Assembly: GCA_049673585.1 (NCBI GenBank)
Contig: JBATXV010000011.1
Span: 2,547 to 66,546, forward strand
Direction: 5' to 3'
Source: Candidatus Sulfotelmatobacter sp.
Lineage (GTDB): Bacteria; Acidobacteriota; Terriglobia; Terriglobales; Acidobacteriaceae
Length of the DNA: 64,000 nucleotides
Part shown: positions 44,927-54,138 of the stretch, in pieces
How positions within the stretch are numbered: position 1 is the stretch's first letter
Layout of the letters: the number at the start of each line of letters is the position of its first letter
The notes under the pieces: model-generated
Databases searched by the model: none
The model's input: the letters and a program-made list of their open reading frames with translations, nothing else
Told to the model about the DNA's origin: nothing
Program-made: the position numbers and the translations under genes

Positions 44927-45979
44927 ATGTCATCCACGATGTTAGCGGTCGTCAAAGCCGAGGCCGCGCCTGGCGCCGAGGTTCGCGAGGTAAAAATTCC
45001 TGCCTTTGGGCGGAACGAGGTGCTGGTCAAAGTAAAGGTGGCGTCGATCTGCGGCACCGACCTGCACATTTACAACTGGGACCGCTGGGCGCAGAACCGG
45101 ATTCATCCTCCACTGATTCCGGGGCATGAGTTCTGCGGCGAGGTGGCTGCGTTCGGCGATGAAGTCACCAGCGTCAAGGAAGGCGATTTCGTTTCCGCCG
45201 AGATGCACGTGGCTTGCGGCAAGTGTCTGCTGTGCCGCACCGGCGAAGCTCACATCTGCCAGGACGTGAAGATCATCGGTGTGGACGCCAACGGCGCCTT
45301 CGCCGAATATGTGGTCATCCCCGAATCGAATATTTGGAAGCTTGATCCCGCCATTCCGCAGGAGTACGCATCGATTCTTGATCCTTTGGGCAACGCAGTT
45401 CACACCGTTCTTGCAGGCGAGATTGCCGCGAAAACCGTGGCCATCACCGGATGCGGGCCGATCGGATTGTTTGCTATTGCCGTGGCGCGGGCGGTGGGTG
45501 CGACCAGCGTGTTTGCCATCGAAGTGAACGAGCACCGGCGCAAGATCGCGCGCGAGATGAAAGCTGATTACGTGCTCGATCCTTCGAAAGAAAATGTTCG
45601 TGCGATTGTGATGGAGAAGACCGGAGGCCTGGGCGCGGACGTGGTGCTCGAGATGGCGGGGCATCCTGACTCGATTCGCACCGCGTTTGATATCGTCCGG
45701 CGCGGCGGAAGAATTTCCCTGCTCGGCCTGACCTCGAAACCCATCTCGCTCAACTTTTCCGAAGACATTATTTTCAAAGGCATCACTGTGCAGGGCATCA
45801 ACGGGCGGCGCATGTACCAGACCTGGTACCAGATGACTGCGCTGCTCAAGGCCGGCAAACTCGACCTGCATCCCGTGATCACCGACCGCATTGCGATGAA
45901 GGATTTCTCCAAGGCCATGGAGCGGCTGAAGACGGGCGAGGCTAGTAAAATATTGGTTTATCCGAACGGCCTTCGTTAA
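44927..45979 (+). CDS. tdh: L-threonine 3-dehydrogenase
   Basis: Zn-ADH pattern ICGTDLHIY ... GHEFCGEV ... CGKCLLCRTGEAHIC, with the length and C-terminus typical of Tdh. kbl lies nearby. Confidence 0.92.
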   Translation: MSSTMLAVVKAEAAPGAEVREVKIPAFGRNEVLVKVKVASICGTDLHIYNWDRWAQNRIHPPLIPGHEFCGEVAAFGDEVTSVKEGDFVSAEMHVACGKCLLCRTGEAHICQDVKIIGVDANGAFAEYVVIPESNIWKLDPAIPQEYASILDPLGNAVHTVLAGEIAAKTVAITGCGPIGLFAIAVARAVGATSVFAIEVNEHRRKIAREMKADYVLDPSKENVRAIVMEKTGGLGADVVLEMAGHPDSIRTAFDIVRRGGRISLLGLTSKPISLNFSEDIIFKGITVQGINGRRMYQTWYQMTALLKAGKLDLHPVITDRIAMKDFSKAMERLKTGEASKILVYPNGLR

Positions 45980-46026
45980 ATTCCGTTCGGTAACTTCTTT
46001 GCCACGGAGCACGTGGAGGTGAACCC

Positions 46027-46503
46027 ATGGCCCTTGATGCGTTCGTCCGCTGCACCTGCATCCGGGACGGCAAAGCCAAGCCTCACCCGTTTCCCGACCG
46101 GCTCACCTTCGACGAGCGCAACGAACCGATGCTCACGGGCGATCCTACCGACGACGAATGGGAAGCGCACGACCAGTGGCTCGCGGAATCGTGCGAGCAT
46201 GAGGGATTTATCCTCTCATTTTTTCTTGGCAACATTACCAAGGTTGGGAATCTGCGCAGCTTCCTGCGTCACCTGCAGGGAAAGCCCGGGCCACGATTTC
46301 CCATCCTGCTGGAGAAAGTTCTCTACGACGGCACGCACACTGGCGATTGGATCCCCATCAAGGATTCGCCGGCGCTGTTGAAAGAGATCAATACCGTGCT
46401 GCACTCCAGCGATATTCTGGCCGAGTCCGAGAAGGAGTTCTTTACGAACATGAAGCTTCTCTGCGAGGCCAGCATTGCGACCGGTAACCCGATTATGTTC
46501 TGA
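46027..46503 (+). CDS. hypothetical protein (158 aa) inserted between tdh and kbl
   Basis: GGAGG SD 7 nt upstream of the ATG. No recognisable domain. Bracketed by 16-bp direct repeats. Confidence 0.55.
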   Translation: MALDAFVRCTCIRDGKAKPHPFPDRLTFDERNEPMLTGDPTDDEWEAHDQWLAESCEHEGFILSFFLGNITKVGNLRSFLRHLQGKPGPRFPILLEKVLYDGTHTGDWIPIKDSPALLKEINTVLHSSDILAESEKEFFTNMKLLCEASIATGNPIMF

Positions 46504-46513
46504 CAACTTCTTT

Positions 46514-46588
46514 GCCACGGGTTTACGCGCATCAACGCGGATTTATTCTCTTGCTTCCAATCCGTGTTGATCAGTACAAATCCGCGGC
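46514..46588. repeat. degenerate CACGGAT-heptad REP-like hairpin element
   Basis: GCCACGGGTTTACGCGCATCAACGCGGATT against AATCCGTGTTGATCAGTACAAATCCGCGGC, an imperfect inverted repeat. Confidence 0.7.
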
Positions 46589-46609
46589 AAATAGGTTTCG
46601 AGGTTTTTC

Positions 46610-47824
46610 ATGACCACCGCAACCCGCACCAACCCGCTCTCCTATCTAACCGACCAACTTAACGAGCTCAAAGCCAAGGGCACGCACTTCAAGCTGCGCG
46701 TACTCGAGGACGAGCAGGCGCCGGTCTGCACCTTCGACGGCAAGAAGGTCATCAACCTGGCCTCGAACAATTACCTGGGACTGACCACGCATCCCAGGCT
46801 GCGAGAAGCGGCGCTTGAGGCCACGCGAAAATTCGGCGTGGGATCGGGTGCGGTGCGGACGATCGCCGGGACCATGAAGATCCACATGGAGCTTGAAGAG
46901 AAGATTGCCCGCTTCAAGAACGTGGAAGCATGTGTAGTTTTCCAGTCAGGCTTCGCGGCCAATGCAGGCACGGTCTCGGCCGTGCTGGGCAAGGATGATT
47001 TCATCATCTCCGACGCGCTGAACCACGCATCGATCATCGATGGCGCACGCCTGTCGCGAGCAAAGATTTTGGTTTTCCGCCACAAAGATGTCGCCCACGC
47101 GGAAGAACAACTGGCTGGGATCAAGGACGAACCCGGTAAGAAGCTGCTGATCACCGACGGCGTGTTCTCGATGGATGGCGACATCGGCCCGCTGCCCGGT
47201 CTGTGTGATGTGGCGGAGAAGTACGGTGCGATCATGATGGTCGACGACGCGCACGCCTCCGGTGTGCTCGGCCGCAACGGCCGCGGCACCATCGATCACT
47301 TCAAAGTGCATGGGCGTGTGGATATTCAAGTGGGAACTTTGTCAAAGGCCATCGGCGCGCTCGGGGGATACGTCTGCGGAACACGCGATCTGATTGATTT
47401 TCTTTACCACCGGGCGCGACCGTTCCTGTTTTCGACGTCGCATCCGCCGTCGGTGGCGGCGACTTGCATCGCTGCCTTCGACGTTCTGGAAAACGAACCC
47501 GAGCGCATGGAAAAACTCTGGGAGAACACACGCTTCTGGAAAAAAGAGCTTGGCCTACTCGGTTTCGACATCGGCGGGCGCGCCACACCGGCCAGCGAAA
47601 CTCCAATCACGCCCATCATCATCGGCGACGGCAAGCTCACCATGGACTTCTCCCGCGAACTGTTCCAGGAAGGCGTGCTCGGCACTGGCATCGCCTTCCC
47701 CACTGTGCCCGAAGGTAAAGCCCGCATCCGCACCATCATGACCGCGACGCACACGAAGGAAGAGTTGGAGCAGGCGCTGGAGGTGCTGGGGAAGGTGGGG
47801 AAGAGAATGGGGATTGTAAATTGA
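46610..47824 (+). CDS. kbl: glycine C-acetyltransferase (2-amino-3-ketobutyrate CoA ligase)
   Basis: Alpha-oxoamine synthase family: NNYLGL, DDAHASG and the PLP-lysine context GTLSKA. Paired with tdh. Confidence 0.92.
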   Translation: MTTATRTNPLSYLTDQLNELKAKGTHFKLRVLEDEQAPVCTFDGKKVINLASNNYLGLTTHPRLREAALEATRKFGVGSGAVRTIAGTMKIHMELEEKIARFKNVEACVVFQSGFAANAGTVSAVLGKDDFIISDALNHASIIDGARLSRAKILVFRHKDVAHAEEQLAGIKDEPGKKLLITDGVFSMDGDIGPLPGLCDVAEKYGAIMMVDDAHASGVLGRNGRGTIDHFKVHGRVDIQVGTLSKAIGALGGYVCGTRDLIDFLYHRARPFLFSTSHPPSVAATCIAAFDVLENEPERMEKLWENTRFWKKELGLLGFDIGGRATPASETPITPIIIGDGKLTMDFSRELFQEGVLGTGIAFPTVPEGKARIRTIMTATHTKEELEQALEVLGKVGKRMGIVN

Positions 47825-49150
47825 TCAGTCGCCGCGGTATACGATTTTCCCACCCACAACCGTCGCTACCACCTTCCCCGTAAACTGCCAGCTATCAAAC
47901 GGAGTGTTGCGCGACAGCGACCGCGACTTGGCCGCTTCGAACGTCCAGCGCTTTTTAGGGTCGAAGATGGTTACATCGGCGAAGTTGCCGCGGGCGAGCG
48001 ATCCACGGCCGCGCAAGTCGAAGACGCGCGCGGGGCCCGCGGTGAAAAGCTCGACGATTCGAGTCAAAGGAATCTTGTGCTCGCGGTGAAGCTTCGTAAT
48101 CGCCAATGCTAACGCAGTCTCGAGTCCGGTGATGCCAAAGGCCGCGCGCTCGAACTCGACTTCCTTTTCGTGCGCGGCGTGAGGAGCGTGGTCGGTGGCG
48201 ATGGCGTCCACGGTGCCGTCGGCCAGAGCGACCAGAATCGCTTCACGGTCAGAGGCCGAACGCAGTGGCGGGTTCATCTTGAAATTCGTGTTGTACTCGC
48301 CCACATCCTGGTCGAGCAGCGTGAAGTGGTGCGGCGTCACTTCACAGGTCACCCGGCAGGTGACGCGGGCGTTATGAACGCCGCGCTTGCCGCGGCGGAC
48401 GGCCTTAAGCGCATCGGAAGTGGAAAGATGCGCTACGTGCAGGCGTGATTCGCGAATCTGCTGCGCGAGGGTTACGTCGCGATCCACGACACTAGCCTCG
48501 GCAGAGGCCGACATGCCCCGCAGACCAAGACGGAAACTGGTGGGGCCTTCGTGCATGGAGCAGTGCTCGGTGAGGCGCGTATCTTCTGCATGCTGCACCA
48601 CCGGCAGATTCAGTTCGGCGCCGAGCCGCAGGGCCGCGCGCATGATTTCGTCGTCGAGGATTGGCTTGCCATCGTCGGTGACTGCGACCGCTCCGGCGCG
48701 TTGCAGGGTGGCGAAGTCGGTGAGCGTAGTTCCGCGCGAGTTGCGCGTTGCGGCCGCGATGGGGAAGACGTTGACTACGGCCCCGCGCTCTGGATGCCGC
48801 AACCAGGCAACCCACTCGGCCGTGTCCACCACGGGCGCCGTGTTCGGCATGGTGCAGACCGAGGTGAAACCTCCGGCGGCCGCGGCGGCCGTGCCACTGG
48901 CGATGGTTTCTTTATATCCCTGTCCAGGCTCGCGCAGGTGAACGTGCAGGTCGATGAATCCGGGGGCAACGATCAGACCGCGCGCATCGAACTTCTCATC
49001 AGCGCCGCCGCGCACCTTGTTGGGCAAAGCAACCTCGGCGACGCGGCCATCGCGCAGAAGAACGTCCATGGGCGCGCTGACCTTCGCTGCGGGGTCAATC
49101 ACATGACCGCCTTTGATCAGCATGGACCCCGGCTTGGATTTTACGTTCAT
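47825..49150 (-). CDS. pyrC: dihydroorotase
   Basis: APGFIDLHVHLREPG ... ATDHAPH. Adjacent to pyrB. Confidence 0.92.
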   Translation of the reverse strand: MNVKSKPGSMLIKGGHVIDPAAKVSAPMDVLLRDGRVAEVALPNKVRGGADEKFDARGLIVAPGFIDLHVHLREPGQGYKETIASGTAAAAAGGFTSVCTMPNTAPVVDTAEWVAWLRHPERGAVVNVFPIAAATRNSRGTTLTDFATLQRAGAVAVTDDGKPILDDEIMRAALRLGAELNLPVVQHAEDTRLTEHCSMHEGPTSFRLGLRGMSASAEASVVDRDVTLAQQIRESRLHVAHLSTSDALKAVRRGKRGVHNARVTCRVTCEVTPHHFTLLDQDVGEYNTNFKMNPPLRSASDREAILVALADGTVDAIATDHAPHAAHEKEVEFERAAFGITGLETALALAITKLHREHKIPLTRIVELFTAGPARVFDLRGRGSLARGNFADVTIFDPKKRWTFEAAKSRSLSRNTPFDSWQFTGKVVATVVGGKIVYRGD

Positions 49151-49174
49151 CGTTCTTTCAATCAGTGTTCTTTC

Positions 49175-49204
49175 AATCCGTGTCGATCCGTGAAAATCCG
49201 TGGC
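49175..49204. repeat. half CACGGAT-heptad element (three ATCCGTG heptads, no partner arm)
   Basis: AATCCGTGTCGATCCGTGAAAATCCGTGGC fills the pyrB-pyrC junction and is preceded by the direct repeat GTTCTTTCAATC x2. Confidence 0.75.
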
Positions 49205-50119
49205 TCATTTTGCCTTCCCCAACGCTCGCGCCAGAACTGCCATCCGCGTAGGCACACCGTTGTGAACCTCATCCAGGATCACCGATTGCACGCCGTCGGC
49301 GACTTCCGTGGTCAACTCCAGGCCGCGGATAATCGGCCCGGGATGCATGACGATGGCATCGCGTTTGGCGAGCTTCAGCCGAGACGGAGTCAGCTGATAG
49401 TGGGCAACGTAGTCTTGCAGCCGAATCTTCTGCCCGGCGAGGCGCTCTTTTTGCAAACGCAAAAGCATGATCACATCCGCGCCCCGCAGCGCCTCTTCCG
49501 GATGACGGGAAACGCGCAGGCCGGGCGCTAGAGTCGCCGCGACCTCGGGCACAAACTCCGGCGGACCACACAGCGTTACCTTCGCCCCAAACTTTGAGAG
49601 CAGATGGCAGGCCGAGCGCGCAACACGGCTGTGATAGATATCGCCAATGATCGCAACCTGCAAGCCCTTGAACGATTTCTTGTGTTTCAGGATCGTGAAG
49701 GCGTCGAGCAAGGCCTGAGAGGGGTGCTCGTGCATGCCGTCGCCGGCGTTTATGACCGGAATGTCGAGGTGCTTTGCCAACAGGTGGGGCGCTCCCGCAC
49801 AGGGGTGGCGAAGGACGATGGCGTCCGCGCCCACTGCACGGAGCGTGGCTCCGGTATCGAGCAAGGATTCGCCCTTCTCGATGCTCGACCCCGAGGACTG
49901 CACCAGAGTAGTGATCGCGCCGAGCGACTTGGCGGCGATTTCGAAAGAGGATCGCGTGCGGGTGGAAGCTTCGTAAAACAGCAGCACGATGCGCTTGTTG
50001 CGCAACAACGGACGCACCTTGAGCGGATTCATCCGGCGGGCCAGCCTCAGCAGGCCCAGGATTTCTTTCTCCTCGAGGTGCTCGATGCCGAGCAGTGAAC
50101 CGCGCGCCGGTTTGTTCAT
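49205..50119 (-). CDS. pyrB: aspartate carbamoyltransferase catalytic subunit
   Basis: FYEASTRTRSSFE ... HPCAG... HPSQALLD ... MHPGP. The start is at MNKPARG. Confidence 0.93.
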   Translation of the reverse strand: MNKPARGSLLGIEHLEEKEILGLLRLARRMNPLKVRPLLRNKRIVLLFYEASTRTRSSFEIAAKSLGAITTLVQSSGSSIEKGESLLDTGATLRAVGADAIVLRHPCAGAPHLLAKHLDIPVINAGDGMHEHPSQALLDAFTILKHKKSFKGLQVAIIGDIYHSRVARSACHLLSKFGAKVTLCGPPEFVPEVAATLAPGLRVSRHPEEALRGADVIMLLRLQKERLAGQKIRLQDYVAHYQLTPSRLKLAKRDAIVMHPGPIIRGLELTTEVADGVQSVILDEVHNGVPTRMAVLARALGKAK

Positions 50120-50211
50120 CGCGTAAGAACGCAAACGCTGCATCATACGCGGACCGCGCGGGGCAGGCAAGGCCGAGGTGAAAACGCTGGAGGACCGTGC
50201 CGATGAGCCTG

Positions 50212-50883
50212 CTACGGGCGATCATGCCGTCCCAGGAGAGCGGCGCCCAGTGCTCCTCCGCAGGTGCCGAGAACAACGAAGGCCAGAAGCCCGAAAATTA
50301 CGGAAGCCACCATCATGATTGCGAAGCCATCCGGGGTTTTTACAAAGTCCAGGAAGGGTTGGACCTCGGGACCGGGATAGCGCGCGGCTGCCTGCTGGAT
50401 CTTGTCGAGCATTTGGCTTCGTATTTCCGCACCCTTGTGAAGCAAAGTCACGGCCAACAATTCCAGAACGGTGGACATCGCGAAAAACAGGATGCCACTG
50501 ACGGCCCCAAGTCTTGCGCCGGAGCCGCTCCGGATCGAGCTTCCGGGGCCGCGGCGCCGGTAGAAAGCAACCGCGAGAAATCCCGCTCCTAGCGCCGCTA
50601 CAAATGGATTCAGACCGAGGGCTGTAAGCCCGAGGGCGACTACGGCCGCTAGACCACACGGTCGTAAGGCATGAGTCTCACTCCCAGGCAGCGAGCCGAC
50701 GGGGATGACGGGGGAACTCGGGGCCAGGTCGCGGTCAAGCGCTTGCACGCTTCCATCACCTTGAGGTGCGGCTTCGGCCAATACTTCGGGAACAGCTACG
50801 CGAATTTGAGGCGCGCCGCACTGCGAGCAGAAAGGCTTGCCGTCTTCGATGCTGTGTCCGCATTTGTGGCAGGGATGATCCAT
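50212..50883 (-). CDS. zinc-ribbon membrane protein, hypothetical
   Basis: N-terminal CHKC ... CSQC zinc ribbon followed by about four TM helices. Confidence 0.55.
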   Translation of the reverse strand: MDHPCHKCGHSIEDGKPFCSQCGAPQIRVAVPEVLAEAAPQGDGSVQALDRDLAPSSPVIPVGSLPGSETHALRPCGLAAVVALGLTALGLNPFVAALGAGFLAVAFYRRRGPGSSIRSGSGARLGAVSGILFFAMSTVLELLAVTLLHKGAEIRSQMLDKIQQAAARYPGPEVQPFLDFVKTPDGFAIMMVASVIFGLLAFVVLGTCGGALGAALLGRHDRP

Positions 50884-50992
50884 GGCATGAAAGAAGGGCT
50901 GGCTTGAAGGTATCGCACGACGAGCGGCGGGTGCAAGGAACGGTTACCGCTGTCCTGGGTTGAAGCTCTTTGCGCTGTGCTTTTGTTTAGCT

Positions 50993-51577
50993 TTAGAGGT
51001 CAGCTTGCTTGCCGCGAGTGTACACATACACCAGGGCGAAGGTCGAGCCGCTGCGGCCGTCGCTCGGTTGGATGGCGACTAAGTGCTGGTTGTCCTCCGT
51101 CCCAACTTTCAGTTCCGTCACCGGGCCTGTATTGTCACCATCGCACTTGAGTTCTTTGGAGTGTTCGTCGTTGATTTCGGCGTGGGCGCCGCCAGGTTCG
51201 CTGGTGTGGCACTCGATCACCTTGCCGTACTTCTTCAGTTTGTTGCGATAAAAATCGATAACTTTTCCCGGCGCGTCGTCGGAATCGTATTTCGCAACCA
51301 CCAGCTTCATGCCAAAGGCGTCGGTGACAACACCGAAGTTGACTCCTTTGTCGTTGTCTTCGTCGCGGTGGAGGCGCGCCCCGGGATAGAGCGGCAAGCC
51401 GGCTTTGCGCGCGTCCGCATCGGTGCCCATATGCAGGTCGCCCACGGAGCTTTGGATATCCAGATGCTTGTCCTGACTGTTGTCCGTTTGTTGCGCTCGC
51501 GCAGCCAAGCCGGAAGTCGCCACAGCGATGCCGAATACTACTGCGAACATTACTCGAAAATGTATCGGTCGAAACAT
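50993..51577 (-). CDS. secreted hypothetical protein (paralogue A)
   Basis: Signal peptide. It shares the blocks LP[LV]YPGA-L, K[LV]V-[AM]-Y-SD-AP-KV--FYR--LKKYG-V-ECHTS with the upstream gene. Confidence 0.6.
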   Translation of the reverse strand: MFRPIHFRVMFAVVFGIAVATSGLAARAQQTDNSQDKHLDIQSSVGDLHMGTDADARKAGLPLYPGARLHRDEDNDKGVNFGVVTDAFGMKLVVAKYDSDDAPGKVIDFYRNKLKKYGKVIECHTSEPGGAHAEINDEHSKELKCDGDNTGPVTELKVGTEDNQHLVAIQPSDGRSGSTFALVYVYTRGKQADL

Positions 51578-51610
51578 GTGTGCCTCCTGGAACTCCAGAA
51601 AAATCGGCCC

Positions 51611-52210
51611 CTAGATATCGGCATCCTTGCCGTGCGTGCGCACGTAGACCAAAGAAAAGCTCGATCCCCCGCCATCCGACCGGACCGCAACAATATGCTG
51701 ATCGTCTTTCCTGCCCGCTTTGAGCTCGATGTTATCGCCGTGGTCGCCCGCGCAGGTCAACTCGTTTGAATCGTTCTGGGAGCCGTGCTCACCCATTTTC
51801 ATGTCCAGATCGAGACTGGAAGTATGGCATTCGAGCACGTTGCCGTACTTCTTTAGCTGGTCTCTATAGAAAGACAAGACTTTGGCAGGCGCGGCGTCGG
51901 ACTCGTACTCCATGGCGACAACTTTCAGTCCGTAGCCGAAGCCGGAGATGTTGACGTTAGCGCTTTTATCGCCGCCGTCGGAATCTTTTTCCTTAAGATG
52001 GGCGCCGGGATAAACCGGCAGACCGACGTCAGCGGCGTCGGCCTCATTGCTGACATGGACGCCACCGAGAAGCGTATGGATATCGACTTGTTTGTCCTGG
52101 CCGTCAGCTTCTTTCTTGACGTTCACGCTGCACGCGGGCAGGAGGAGAAGCACAGCGAGACTCGCCCCAGCAGCGACTGGGACCAATTTCGAGAAGTTGT
52201 TCGTGCGCAT
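51611..52210 (-). CDS. putative lipoprotein (paralogue B)
   Basis: Lipobox-like LLLPAC and the same conserved blocks as 50993-51577. The start is at MRTNNFSK, 2 nt after the GH3 stop codon. Confidence 0.6.
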   Translation of the reverse strand: MRTNNFSKLVPVAAGASLAVLLLLPACSVNVKKEADGQDKQVDIHTLLGGVHVSNEADAADVGLPVYPGAHLKEKDSDGGDKSANVNISGFGYGLKVVAMEYESDAAPAKVLSFYRDQLKKYGNVLECHTSSLDLDMKMGEHGSQNDSNELTCAGDHGDNIELKAGRKDDQHIVAVRSDGGGSSFSLVYVRTHGKDADI

Positions 52211-52212
52211 AA

Positions 52213-54093
52213 TTAAGACCCTCCACCAGCAATCTGGATCGGACGCTCGAGGCCGGCGCCGCGCTGGGCGACATTGGGAATGCTCACGGGAAGACGTCCG
52301 CGGATGGCGATTTCTCCGAACAACGCCTTGACCGCACTTAACTCCGACACCGACGCGTTGGAAAACGTACACATGTAGTTCGCAATCTTAGAGAAGTCCG
52401 CGGCCAGGTACGGGTTTCCCATGGCGATGACCACTGTCTTTTCCGAGGCGCGATTCAGCAACTGCTGCAGCAGTACGCCAGAGGCATCCGTCATGGCGAC
52501 CGCATTCCCCACTCTGCCCGCCGTTGGCACTACATAGACCGCGGCCACGACCGTTCTGGCTTCGCCTACGGCTTTCAGCACCTCGTCGCTCATCCCAGCA
52601 GCGATGCGCGGATCCACATAGAGCACGCGCGCGTCTGGAATGCGGGCTCGAAACTCACGCCCGAAAACTCGCCCGGATTCGGTCCGCACGTCCTCGGAGA
52701 AGAGCACGGCCACAACCTGATTACGCGTCTCCTCTTGTGTCGTATACGGAAGCGCCGCCTTCGTGGTTCCCTGGTTCTGGAGTAAAGAGTTTTTGAGCGA
52801 AGATTTCAGGGGCAGCACCCTGCCGTTGTCACGCACCAGGGTCACCGCAGAGTCGGCCACCTGCTGGCCGAACGCCAGATTCTCCGGCTTTCCCACGAGG
52901 TTGGCGAGGGCATTCACATCCACCATCCGGGCATTCTGCAGGCCTAGAGACGCCTTTATCTTCAATATCTTAAGCACAGAGCGGTCCAGGCGTTCGCGGG
53001 AGATCTCTCCCGACTGAACCGCCTGGAGCATGGCACTGTATGAGGCGGGAAAGTCGGCGGGGATGAGCAACAGATCGTTGCCGGCCTTGAAAGCCTCGAC
53101 CGCAGCCCGTCCGATGTTGTTGGCAAAAAGATGTGTAAGGGCGGCCATGTCGAGCGCGTCGGTGACAATGATTCCGTTGAAGCCGAGCTGTTTTTCGAGC
53201 AGGTCTGAAACAATTGCCGGCGAAATCGTGGCCACGTGGTTGGGATCGGGATCGAGTGCGGGCACGGTCACGTGGGCCACCATGACCGAATCGACTCCCG
53301 CCGCAATGGCCTGGCGAAACGGCGGCAGCTCAATAGAGTCGAGGTGGGCGCGGTCTACGTTGACGCTTGCGACGCCGAGGTGCGAATCGGTCGCGGTGTC
53401 GCCGTGACCGGGAAAGTGTTTCGCCGTGGTCAGCATTCCGCCTTCATGCGCGCCCTTAATATAGGCCGCGACCAGATCGCCGACCTGCTTGGGATCCTCG
53501 CCGAACGAGCGCGTGTTGATGATGGGATTCGCAGGATTGGAGTTCACGTCGGCGTCCGGGAAAAAATTCCAGTGAATGCCGATGGCGCGAGATTCTTCGG
53601 CCGTGATGCGGCCGAAGGCTTCAGCGTCTTCTACTTTGCCATCCCCGCCGAAAGCCATGGCGTGCGGGAAGACCGTGGTTCCTCTCAGGCGCATCGAGAC
53701 GCCGCGTTCAAAATCGGCGGCGAAGAGCAAAGGCAGCTTCGATTCGCTTTGCAGCCGGTTGAGAATTTCAGCGGCTTCGTAAGGTTCGCTGCGCAGAAGA
53801 AATGGACCGTCCACATGGACCGTCATGGCGAATGAGCCCACGTGATATTTCTGGATCTCTTCAAGCCACTGAAGATTCTCCGGGCTTTCCACGTTGAGAA
53901 AACTAGCGCGGCACCAGATCATGAAGACCTGCCCGACTTTCTCTTCAAGGGTCAGCTTGCGTAGAGTCTTCTCCGCCCACTTTTCGCCGTCGTGGGTTAG
54001 ATGAACGGGGCCGGGACGCTGATATTTGTCTTTGGCGGATACTGATGTGGCGAAGACGAGAATGAGCAGCAGGGTCACAAGCGTGCGGGGCAT
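52213..54093 (-). CDS. glycoside hydrolase family 3 (NagZ-like beta-N-acetylhexosaminidase with C-terminal domain)
   Basis: Signal peptide, with KHFPGHGDT and IIVTDALDM motifs. Confidence 0.85.
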   Translation of the reverse strand: MPRTLVTLLLILVFATSVSAKDKYQRPGPVHLTHDGEKWAEKTLRKLTLEEKVGQVFMIWCRASFLNVESPENLQWLEEIQKYHVGSFAMTVHVDGPFLLRSEPYEAAEILNRLQSESKLPLLFAADFERGVSMRLRGTTVFPHAMAFGGDGKVEDAEAFGRITAEESRAIGIHWNFFPDADVNSNPANPIINTRSFGEDPKQVGDLVAAYIKGAHEGGMLTTAKHFPGHGDTATDSHLGVASVNVDRAHLDSIELPPFRQAIAAGVDSVMVAHVTVPALDPDPNHVATISPAIVSDLLEKQLGFNGIIVTDALDMAALTHLFANNIGRAAVEAFKAGNDLLLIPADFPASYSAMLQAVQSGEISRERLDRSVLKILKIKASLGLQNARMVDVNALANLVGKPENLAFGQQVADSAVTLVRDNGRVLPLKSSLKNSLLQNQGTTKAALPYTTQEETRNQVVAVLFSEDVRTESGRVFGREFRARIPDARVLYVDPRIAAGMSDEVLKAVGEARTVVAAVYVVPTAGRVGNAVAMTDASGVLLQQLLNRASEKTVVIAMGNPYLAADFSKIANYMCTFSNASVSELSAVKALFGEIAIRGRLPVSIPNVAQRGAGLERPIQIAGGGS

Positions 54094-54138
54094 GCGAGAA
54101 CGATAGCAGAAATGAAGTGCTGTTGCCGTCCCGCTGGT

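Noticed and set aside
44942-46012. 356-aa ORF antisense to tdh
   Set aside because: A shadow ORF. tdh on the plus strand has all the Zn-ADH motifs.
47822-47827. kbl and pyrC stop codons abut (TGA TCA) with no room for terminators
   Set aside because: Convergent genes with zero spacing are common in compact genomes, and there is no further signal to interpret.
48551-49531. 326-aa ORF antisense across the pyrC start and pyrB end
   Set aside because: It spans two genes and the repeat element on the wrong strand, with no coding features.
49269-50276. 335-aa ORF in another frame of the pyrB strand
   Set aside because: The pyrB frame carries every ATCase motif. This frame gives an Arg/Ala/Pro-rich product with no recognisable motifs.
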